Virus record (IMG/VR): IMGVR_UViG_3300021368_000006
Coordinates: 52,791-72,790 of that record
Origin: an uncultured virus (IMG/VR IMGVR_UViG_3300021368_000006)
Lineage: Duplodnaviria; Heunggongvirae; Uroviricota; Caudoviricetes
Length of the DNA: 20,000 nucleotides
Reading direction: 5' to 3' (one strand)
Notes under the pieces: generated by a model
What the model was told of the DNA's origin: nothing
Seen by the model: the letters and a program-made list of their open reading frames with translations, nothing else
Databases searched by the model: none
Shown: positions 1-7,892 of the stretch, in pieces
How the letters are laid out: every line of letters starts with the position of its first letter
Numbering within the stretch: position 1 is the stretch's first letter
Translations under genes and position numbers: made by a program

Positions 1-92
1 CATTGACAATCGAAGGTGCAGACCTCAAAGTTACTGGAAATCAGTCACTGAAAATTGAATGTAGTGGTGATATTATTGCATTCCAAGTTTAA
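1..92 (+). CDS. 3' end of a gene (5' truncated), probably a tail-fibre-like virion protein
   Basis: The frame starting at nt 3 reads LTIEGADLKVTGNQSLKIECSGDIIAFQV, with TAA at 90-92. The terminal 'SGDIIAF' resembles the (A/S)xGD(I/V)xA(F/Y) motif recalled from the distal end of phage fibres. It lies directly upstream of an adhesin-like gene. Confidence 0.6.
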   Translation, partial: LTIEGADLKVTGNQSLKIECSGDIIAFQV

Positions 93-120
93 TTAATTAG
101 TAAGAGAAGAGAATTCTAAC

Positions 121-3100
121 ATGGCAATACCAGCAGACGGCAGACTGAAAATGACGCACATTGTTGCGGAGTTTAAACCAGTAAATAACTCCGCACCCCA
201 TTCTCTGTCTGAATATTATAGAGGTGGTGGTAATGTTCCAGATCGATTTAATAATAGAAATATTCCTGTTGGGCCAAGAGGGCGCACAATAAAATATTCT
301 GATTTTCGTGGAACATCAGATGCAACACTTCCTTATAATATTTTAATTCCTACTATTTGTGTTGAAGACGCATGGAAATTTATGCGTCTTAAAAATGGAA
401 CATTCATGACTAGGTGGGATCAGATTAATGATAATAATACTGCCTATTTCACAAGAAATGAAGAACTTGGTTCTGTAAGAATTGATACTCCGCAGGATTG
501 GGAATATGTTAAGTTAACTATTCCTGCAATGAGTTTCAAGATGGGAACTGAAGAAGGATTTGAACAAGTTGGGTATGAACAACACTGGTCTAACAAAGTA
601 GATAATCAACAAGTCTTTGAGGCGGGTGATTGGAAAATTAGAATTCCAAAGGGATACAGAAGACTTAGAATTTTAGCAACTGGTGCTGGTGGGTCTGGTT
701 CTTCACAATATATCCCTGGCCAACCTACTGTAGAAGATTATGTTCGTGAAGGATTGGTAGGTACAGAAGATCAAGGATTTGATGGTGAAGATACAACCAT
801 TACAATGCCAAATAATCAGAAGATTAAAATCTTTGGTGGCGTTGGTGGTAAACTTTCAAATGCAACAGGAGAATCTACAACAATTCCTGGCGAAACCACT
901 GATACACTTCAGACGGAAACTGGAACAGTAACACTTGCAGGTGGGTTTTCAGAGACTGATTATGCAGAAGGTAAGTACAATGGTTCATATATTTTAGAAA
1001 TTGATAACTCAAGTTATAAATTTTATTGGCAAAACCAACTTCTTGCAACATCAACCGATATTGCAGAAGATGTTAGAGATAGTTCTGGTTGGGTGTATAC
1101 TTCGACTTCTGAAATAATTGACGAAAATTCTGAAGGTACATTAAAGTGGTATAAGATATCCAGAGTTAAAAGTTTAGAGGTCTCTGCAGAAGTTACGGAT
1201 AGAATATACAATAGTATGTTGGAAAGAAATGCTTCTACTACAGAGAAGTCTAGACATGTAAACGCAGACACTGTAGTAGATGTAATTCGTTACATACAGG
1301 GAAAGCCTGGCTTTGTTGATATCATCAATGCAAATACAGACTTTGGCCCAAATACATTTGGAACGCCAGACGGATTTAGATATTTACTTGCTCAGGCAAG
1401 CAATTTATCTACAAGTACAACAACAAATATTCCAAACTATACTGGAACCGATACTGGTACTATCAATACTAATGGAAATCTCTATCAACACAGAGTTTAT
1501 GCAGAAAACGGATCAACCGACAATAACAATCAAACAACAACTATAACTACATCAAATATAGTGGAAGATGCATTCGTTTCGTTTGAACACGTTGGTGACA
1601 CTACTTATGTATATAGTGCAACTTTCACGAATCCGATTACAAACATCCGAGGTACAGTTGCCGCTGGACTGCCTGCGACAGGAGAATATATATTTACTGG
1701 TACTAATAATGTGAGGTATTACAGAGGTAATCAATTTGCCGGCAGGGACGGCAATGAAATATATCAACTTTGGACTGCATCGACAGCAACTACTGAAGTA
1801 ACATCTACTACTGCAAATACTCCTATTCCTGCAAATTCTGCCACAACAGATTCCGAATTTGTTGTTTCAAGTAGTGGAAATTTCTATTATGAATATAATG
1901 CATACTTACAAAATACTACACAGAGTGTTCGTCCAGAATTAGAAATTTATGTGGACGGTGTTCGTCAAGTTAATTTTACTGGTTCAAGTGCTCCTACTCT
2001 AACAGGAAATCAAGGAGAAATTAGACTCGCATCTGGTAGATTGAATATTACGAATCCAGACTCCACAGTTAGAGTTATTACTGATTTAAAAACGATAACA
2101 ACATCTACAATTTTACCAGAAATTGATGGAGGTGCGTTTAGTACCCTTTCAAGGAGTGGAACACACGATTTACCACTTGGTGCAACTGGCCAACCAGCTG
2201 GGAAGGGCATCTTTATTTGGGGTCATAATTTTTATAGATCTCAGAAACTATACACCGACACCAATGGAAATGTCAGTGTTGTACATCCAAGTAGTTCTGA
2301 CCCAGAAACTTGGTTCTTTATGACAACAGAAGAAAAGGCTGGCCAGTTTAAAACTCCAGCAGGCACAGGTGGTAACCCGCACAGAGAACCTGTAGGTACT
2401 ACAGATGCTGGGAAACCTGTATTTATTTGGGGAAAAAACTTTTTCCGATCATACACATCTATTGTTGAGTCTGATGGGCGTTTTGTTATGCCACATGGGT
2501 CGTCAAGTGATGAGGAACAATGGTATTATGCAGTTGGTAAAAGGGGTGCTAATTTTACAACTCCAGCTGGATCTGGAACATATACATTAAACCTTGGCTC
2601 TGATTATGCAGGAATGGAACTTTTAATTTGGAGTCATAACAGATGGGTAATTAATGGCAGTGCCACGGCAACCTCAACGAACCCCGCTCCAAGACATCTT
2701 GTTTTTGATTCTGAGGGTAAGGTTGAATTTTATCATACTTCCTTGGGAGATCATGAAGAAGAATGGTACTGGTGTGTTACGGATGGTGGTACTGTGTCTC
2801 AACCAACAGGTGTTGGTGGAGTTTCAATGAATAGTTTCACATTAGAAACTTCACTAGATACAGAAACCATTGATAAAATTTATCAAAAATATGTTGGAAG
2901 AAACTCTAATGTAATTGACAGAGACCTTTTCCGTCAACAAAATTATACAGTATTCCAAGGTATCAATTATGTTGTGGGTACTGCCGAATATGCAGCACAG
3001 TTTGGTTCTACAATTACAGAGGAACCTGTTATCATACCTGGCCAGGGAACTATACCAACAAAGAATCAATTGGTTAGTGTTACTGGTGGAGTTGCAACCA

Positions 3101-5739
3101 ATAGAACTTACGCATTATCTACTTTACCAACAAACTCTTTGAAATATACAAGAGATAACTTACAAAGTACTCCATTATCATATCATGCAGACCTTCCATC
3201 AAGTGGTGCAAATATTGTAAGTGCATTGGTTGAAAAATTCCCAATTAATACTTACTGGTTTGAACGTTCAGGATTGGGGGAATTACATTTCTTTAATAAT
3301 GATGGTGGAGATGGTGGTTCTTCATGGCATGGTTCTGGTACAAGTGTTGCTAGTGAATTCCCAACCAATGGAAGTCCATCAGAACCAAATCCAGTATATG
3401 GGTCGGGTGGTGCAGCTGGACAACACGGTGGAAGATATTACAATAGTACATCGAAAAGCGCTACTATTGGTGGCCAGGCCGCTGCCAGTGGATTCTTTGG
3501 AGACTTCATGGTATCGCCCGGCGATATTGTTGATATTAAAGTTGGTAGAGGTGGACAATCAAATCAGACTTCATACTTAGATTTGGTGCCTGGCAGTCAA
3601 ACTCAAGAAGGCACTTACGAATCTAACTCAGGAGATGGTGGAGATGGTGTAGTTGTTGTATTTGGTTCTAAAGGAAACGACTATACAAAAATTTCAAAAC
3701 CTGGCATTGCACTGATTGATGATAGGGGTGCGGTTGTTATGTACTCTGTTGCTAACGTGTCATGTGAAGGAAATCAAGAGTTAACTGGTTCGATTTCCTC
3801 AAAAGAAATTCTTTTATTTGGAAAGGGGAAACAGTATTACTTGGTTCATACTTTCCAATTACAAAAAAATGGTTCACAAAAATATCGTGTGTATTTTTGT
3901 CAAAATGGAGAACATTACGCAAAGGTAGAAAACAGTTTAAATGCGCCAGGCCCGTTCTTTAGTCCAGCGCCACCGGCTGGGTATCTACCATCTGTTAGTA
4001 TATCCACAGATCCCGTGAATGCACCAGATGAATATGTTGTCACAGGTGCAAAGAGAAGTGACATCGATAATGATATTCAAAGTCCAGACCCATGGCCGAT
4101 TAGAAAATGTACAGTTACATTTGATACTACTAGGTCAGCGGCGTATGAGAATACAATGACATTTACTAATATTGGTTCTGGTGGGATTGGCCCAGCATCA
4201 ATTGTATTTGGTCCGAATGCAAGTACACAAACCATTAAAATGAGTGAAGACGATATCTATGTCTTAAATCCTTCTGGATTAAGAAGTAATGCATCCTCAA
4301 AAATGACAACAAGAGTAATTGATGACGGAAGGCCTCATCAAACAACTACTGGAACTACAAGTTCTAGTTTAGGTGTGAGAGAATATCCAGAGTATTTCCA
4401 TTCTGGTAATTGTGATGAACCCGCTACAGGTGGTGCATCAGTTTGGGCTCAAGGTAGAGATCAAGACGGAAATACTAGGGTATTCATCAAATACGGAACT
4501 GAGGTGATTAAGGGCGATCAAAATGGTATATTTGGAACTGTTGCCAATGCAGATGGTAGTGGTAGTTGGTATGGATTTGGAGATAGTACTGGGTTTAATC
4601 CTTTAGGAACTGCATGGTCATTCAATTATGATGATCAAAGGCATCAAACTATAGATTATAATGGGTATCGTTATTATAGAAATGATCGTGAAGAAGATGC
4701 TCTTGGTGTATGTACCAAGAATGTCAATGATGATTTTACATTTGGTGGCGGCGGCCAATTCGAAATGAAATATACATTATATAAGGTCTTCAGAAGAAAG
4801 TTGGGTGGTGAACCGATAACTGAAGATAATAATAACAGTTGGACTACTCTTGAACTTGAAGACAAAACTGATAATGACTATACTGACTTAAGAGTTACAC
4901 CTTCGTCAATGGGTAACTTCTATGTAGAGGGTGGACTAACACGTTTCTCGTGTTTCTCTTTGGGGGGAACTGGTACTGGAACAACTTGGACTCGCCCACC
5001 GCCTGCAGACACAGGTGGCGGTGGCGGTGGTGGTTCTAATACCACTACAACCACTAGCACTGCACCTATAACAGTAGTTACGGATGGAAATGGCAATCCT
5101 GTTACAGATGGAAACGGAAATCCAGTATATTCTGGTGGTGGTGGAAATGATGATAATAATAATGAACCGACATTTTCATCTCACTATGAACCATCAACTG
5201 GCACTGTAACATATTTTGATAGTCCTATGACACATGATGAAATTCAATCCCTAAGAGCGGATCAACCAGATGGTGTGTTCTCTACTGGAACAGGACAGAC
5301 AGGGACAATGATTGGCCCAACTAGAGATGACAATATTAGTGATTCTGGAGGTAGTGGTACTTCTGGTCAGTCTGATAAAATTGTTTGTACAGAAATGTAT
5401 AGACAAACACAACTAGATGATTGGAAAATTGCAATGAAGATTTGGGGATTGCATACAAAGACTCATTTGACTCAGTATCATCAAAGAGGTTATCATTTCT
5501 TATTCATGCCTTGGGTTAAAGGAATGAGAAAGAGTACCACCTTAACTAAGTCTGGTGGATGGTTGGCGCAAAGAAGAACGCAACACTTAAAGTATATTTT
5601 AAGTAGAGATGGTTATGCAGGACACTTAGGTATTGGTGAAAAAGAGAAAGACGATATTGTAGGAAGAATTTGGTGTACTGTGTGGCATCCAATTACTTTT
5701 GTAACAGGAAAAATTCTTTCAATATTTAGAGATAAATAG
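121..5739 (+). CDS. Large mosaic virion protein, putative tail-fibre tip/adhesin (1872 aa)
   Basis: Long ORF. The N-terminus MAIPADG...IVAEF...SLSEYYRGG...IP...SDFRG matches a motif recalled from phage fibre-associated adhesins. It also has glycine-rich domain motifs (IPKGY..LRILATGAGGSG; VSPGDIVDIKVGRGG; GDGGDGVVVV), several internal repeats, Gly/Thr/Asn linkers and a basic helical C-terminal domain starting KIVCT. Confidence 0.75.
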   Translation: MAIPADGRLKMTHIVAEFKPVNNSAPHSLSEYYRGGGNVPDRFNNRNIPVGPRGRTIKYSDFRGTSDATLPYNILIPTICVEDAWKFMRLKNGTFMTRWDQINDNNTAYFTRNEELGSVRIDTPQDWEYVKLTIPAMSFKMGTEEGFEQVGYEQHWSNKVDNQQVFEAGDWKIRIPKGYRRLRILATGAGGSGSSQYIPGQPTVEDYVREGLVGTEDQGFDGEDTTITMPNNQKIKIFGGVGGKLSNATGESTTIPGETTDTLQTETGTVTLAGGFSETDYAEGKYNGSYILEIDNSSYKFYWQNQLLATSTDIAEDVRDSSGWVYTSTSEIIDENSEGTLKWYKISRVKSLEVSAEVTDRIYNSMLERNASTTEKSRHVNADTVVDVIRYIQGKPGFVDIINANTDFGPNTFGTPDGFRYLLAQASNLSTSTTTNIPNYTGTDTGTINTNGNLYQHRVYAENGSTDNNNQTTTITTSNIVEDAFVSFEHVGDTTYVYSATFTNPITNIRGTVAAGLPATGEYIFTGTNNVRYYRGNQFAGRDGNEIYQLWTASTATTEVTSTTANTPIPANSATTDSEFVVSSSGNFYYEYNAYLQNTTQSVRPELEIYVDGVRQVNFTGSSAPTLTGNQGEIRLASGRLNITNPDSTVRVITDLKTITTSTILPEIDGGAFSTLSRSGTHDLPLGATGQPAGKGIFIWGHNFYRSQKLYTDTNGNVSVVHPSSSDPETWFFMTTEEKAGQFKTPAGTGGNPHREPVGTTDAGKPVFIWGKNFFRSYTSIVESDGRFVMPHGSSSDEEQWYYAVGKRGANFTTPAGSGTYTLNLGSDYAGMELLIWSHNRWVINGSATATSTNPAPRHLVFDSEGKVEFYHTSLGDHEEEWYWCVTDGGTVSQPTGVGGVSMNSFTLETSLDTETIDKIYQKYVGRNSNVIDRDLFRQQNYTVFQGINYVVGTAEYAAQFGSTITEEPVIIPGQGTIPTKNQLVSVTGGVATNRTYALSTLPTNSLKYTRDNLQSTPLSYHADLPSSGANIVSALVEKFPINTYWFERSGLGELHFFNNDGGDGGSSWHGSGTSVASEFPTNGSPSEPNPVYGSGGAAGQHGGRYYNSTSKSATIGGQAAASGFFGDFMVSPGDIVDIKVGRGGQSNQTSYLDLVPGSQTQEGTYESNSGDGGDGVVVVFGSKGNDYTKISKPGIALIDDRGAVVMYSVANVSCEGNQELTGSISSKEILLFGKGKQYYLVHTFQLQKNGSQKYRVYFCQNGEHYAKVENSLNAPGPFFSPAPPAGYLPSVSISTDPVNAPDEYVVTGAKRSDIDNDIQSPDPWPIRKCTVTFDTTRSAAYENTMTFTNIGSGGIGPASIVFGPNASTQTIKMSEDDIYVLNPSGLRSNASSKMTTRVIDDGRPHQTTTGTTSSSLGVREYPEYFHSGNCDEPATGGASVWAQGRDQDGNTRVFIKYGTEVIKGDQNGIFGTVANADGSGSWYGFGDSTGFNPLGTAWSFNYDDQRHQTIDYNGYRYYRNDREEDALGVCTKNVNDDFTFGGGGQFEMKYTLYKVFRRKLGGEPITEDNNNSWTTLELEDKTDNDYTDLRVTPSSMGNFYVEGGLTRFSCFSLGGTGTGTTWTRPPPADTGGGGGGGSNTTTTTSTAPITVVTDGNGNPVTDGNGNPVYSGGGGNDDNNNEPTFSSHYEPSTGTVTYFDSPMTHDEIQSLRADQPDGVFSTGTGQTGTMIGPTRDDNISDSGGSGTSGQSDKIVCTEMYRQTQLDDWKIAMKIWGLHTKTHLTQYHQRGYHFLFMPWVKGMRKSTTLTKSGGWLAQRRTQHLKYILSRDGYAGHLGIGEKEKDDIVGRIWCTVWHPITFVTGKILSIFRDK
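2152..2790 (+). repeat. Three diverged tandem ~70-aa protein repeats inside the 1872-aa protein
   Basis: The units read AGKGIFIWGHN...NGNVSVVHPSSSDPETWFF, AGKPVFIWGKN...DGRFVMPHGSSSDEEQWYY and AGMELLIWSHN...EGKVEFYHTSLGDHEEEWYW. They are joined by F(K/T)TPAG(T/S)G. Confidence 0.85.
5077..5124 (+). repeat. Two copies of a 24-bp / 8-aa unit VTDGNGNP in a low-complexity linker
   Basis: gttacggatggaaatggcaatcct followed by gttacagatggaaacggaaatcca, flanked by poly-Gly and poly-Thr runs. Confidence 0.85.
5731..5738 (+). promoter_or_regulatory. Candidate T4-type late promoter (GATAAATA) overlapping the stop codon of the 1872-aa gene
   Basis: 7/8 match to the T4 gp55 consensus TATAAATA, about 30 nt upstream of the ATG at 5768. 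The spacing is similar to that of the perfect boxes before the next two genes. Confidence 0.55.
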
Positions 5740-5767
5740 TTGATAAAGTAATGAGAGAAAAAAATTA

Positions 5768-7819
5768 ATGGCACAGAGAAATATAGACCCAAACTACTTT
5801 CCTAATTTTGGAATATCTCGTCAAAGAAATTCGTTTACTTCTGTAATCGGCAACGGCGGCGTAAATAGTAATGATGGTAGTATTAGTGGTGGATTTATGG
5901 GCGTTCTTGCTGAAGATTTGGCAAGAGAATGGCCATTATTTGCTGGTGAACCAATCGCTGGAAATGAATTAATTGATGAGACTCAAACTCTAGTTACAAC
6001 TCAGGTAACAAAACAGTTTTTTAGTCAGATATCATTAAACCGCCCATCTTCTGCAAATGGTGGTGGTAGTGGTGTATACGCTGGTGTTGCAAACTTCAGT
6101 GAGGTTGGTGATGGAACCAATCCAGAGCAACATGTTATGATTTTTCAGACTACAAATCAAATTCTGCCTAAGTCTGGTGCAGTTGCGAGAGGTATTGATC
6201 AAAATTATAGAATAAGATTTGAATTCGACCTTAGACCACGTTTAATGGGTGCTGGTGTTGGTACAACTGGTGATAGAGAATTTAATAATGAATTATATCA
6301 ATTGAATCTTAGAATGGCATCACAAGGAAGACCACAATACCAAGAAGGAAATACTGTATTAGAAGCAGAGTATCAACCAGAATACCATCCAGGCTACAGT
6401 TATAATGGGATTTTAAATAGTGGTTGGGAAAGTACAGTCGGTATTCCAAATCCCATGTATGGATGGTTTAAGGTAAATGTAGGCACATCTAATCAGATTA
6501 GTACAGATGGAACTATTTCAAATCCACAACTTACGACCGATGGATTAATTACATTAGAGAATGGTTCAACTGTTGATACTTCTATTATAAGAATGCCGGG
6601 AGAACTAGCAGACTTGCATTTTGATGATGTAACTATTACTGCAGATGTTGCAAATACAGGGCCGTATTTTGTCTTTGGACAAAACACAGATACTGGTACT
6701 TATGGTGTAACTCAAGGTTATTACTATCCAGTATACTTGGACAAGGCTGCGGCAGATCAGGCAGATATTAGTGCTGGTGGAACAGGTTCTTCTACAGTTC
6801 ATACTTTTTCGGAGTACCCACTTGCAACCTTCTATATGCCAGATACAGGTTCTTCTTTTAATCAGGCAGCTGCCCCTTCTGGAACAGATTATAAGAAATA
6901 TATCAATAACAGATCAATTAGATTTAGAAACAAAAGAAAGGGTTATGGTTGGTTCAAAAGATTTCCAAAAATGAATGCAGAACTGCAAGGAACATACCCA
7001 TTTTCGTATAGACTCACTATGACAGAAAAAGGTATTGTTCTTTATATGTATGATGATGCTGCAGCAGATCAGGCAGATGATTATGCATGGTTCTGTATTC
7101 AAAGAACATCAAGTAATGAATCAGGACTTCCAAGAACTGACGAAGCGTCTAAATTCCCTGTTCACTGCATGTACTCTTGTTCTAGAGAAAGTTTTTATTC
7201 TTCTGATGCTGGAATTTACTTTTCCAATCAAGCAGCAAACCTACAGACTGCAGAAGATTTGGTAGACACAGTATTTGACGAAGCGGGAAATATATACAAT
7301 TTATCAAACATGGACAATTCAAAAACATTCTATATATTGAGTCCATACGATAGAGAAGACTATCTTGCGGATGAATGGCAAGCAAAAAATATTTGGAGAT
7401 TTGTTGTAAGAGAATTTGATGTATTAAAACCAACTGATGTGCATAAATTTGCAACAAAACATCAGACAGATAGTAATGCAGTTATCAATCCATTAGAACA
7501 ATTAGCCATCACAGATGAAAATAGATTTATTATCACTTTCCCAACTGGACTTACGACACAAAGATATATGTATCCTAAAGAAGAGATGGATATGATTTGT
7601 TTTTCTTCTGCAGAAGTAGTAGCAGAATCCAGTAATGTGCCAATGACAACATATCTATACAATGGTACTAATGTAGATAAAAGAAGATACCAAGGAATGC
7701 GTTCAACCATGGCGTTTGGAAATGGAATGAGATTACTAGTCTTAGTAAATGGACAATATATCTTTAATAGTGATATCAATCTTGACACATATGACCCTGT
7801 AGGAACACCAGCAGTATGA
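5768..7819 (+). CDS. Putative virion structural protein, paralogue A (683 aa)
   Basis: Long ORF sharing ordered blocks with the next two genes: GISRQRN, GVLAEDL, RIRF, KVNVGT, PGEL, TYPFSYRLT..DQADDYAW..QR..PVHCMYS, RFVVRE.DV.KP..INPLEQL..FPT..QR, and RYQGM..GNGMR. Late-promoter context. Confidence 0.75.
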   Translation: MAQRNIDPNYFPNFGISRQRNSFTSVIGNGGVNSNDGSISGGFMGVLAEDLAREWPLFAGEPIAGNELIDETQTLVTTQVTKQFFSQISLNRPSSANGGGSGVYAGVANFSEVGDGTNPEQHVMIFQTTNQILPKSGAVARGIDQNYRIRFEFDLRPRLMGAGVGTTGDREFNNELYQLNLRMASQGRPQYQEGNTVLEAEYQPEYHPGYSYNGILNSGWESTVGIPNPMYGWFKVNVGTSNQISTDGTISNPQLTTDGLITLENGSTVDTSIIRMPGELADLHFDDVTITADVANTGPYFVFGQNTDTGTYGVTQGYYYPVYLDKAAADQADISAGGTGSSTVHTFSEYPLATFYMPDTGSSFNQAAAPSGTDYKKYINNRSIRFRNKRKGYGWFKRFPKMNAELQGTYPFSYRLTMTEKGIVLYMYDDAAADQADDYAWFCIQRTSSNESGLPRTDEASKFPVHCMYSCSRESFYSSDAGIYFSNQAANLQTAEDLVDTVFDEAGNIYNLSNMDNSKTFYILSPYDREDYLADEWQAKNIWRFVVREFDVLKPTDVHKFATKHQTDSNAVINPLEQLAITDENRFIITFPTGLTTQRYMYPKEEMDMICFSSAEVVAESSNVPMTTYLYNGTNVDKRRYQGMRSTMAFGNGMRLLVLVNGQYIFNSDINLDTYDPVGTPAV

Positions 7820-7858
7820 AGATAGTTTGAGAATTTAGTAAAACAACAAAAAAATTTT

Positions 7859-7866
7859 TATAAATA
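7859..7866 (+). promoter_or_regulatory. T4-type late promoter TATAAATA
   Basis: Perfect consensus in the intergenic gap, followed by an A-rich leader and an AGGAG ribosome-binding site. Confidence 0.8.
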
Positions 7867-7881
7867 TAAAGAAAAATACAA

Positions 7882-7886
7882 AGGAG
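7882..7886 (+). promoter_or_regulatory. Shine-Dalgarno sequence (AGGAG) for the 1401-aa gene
   Basis: aaggagatatgaATG: AGGAG ends 6 nt before the ATG at 7893. Confidence 0.8.
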
Positions 7887-7892
7887 ATATGA

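Noticed and set aside
5371..5739. Intein/Hint or peptidase S74 chaperone at the C-terminus of the 1872-aa protein
   Set aside because: It lacks the CF..GT.V / HN Hint motifs and the SD.RLK S74 motif, and it looks helical.
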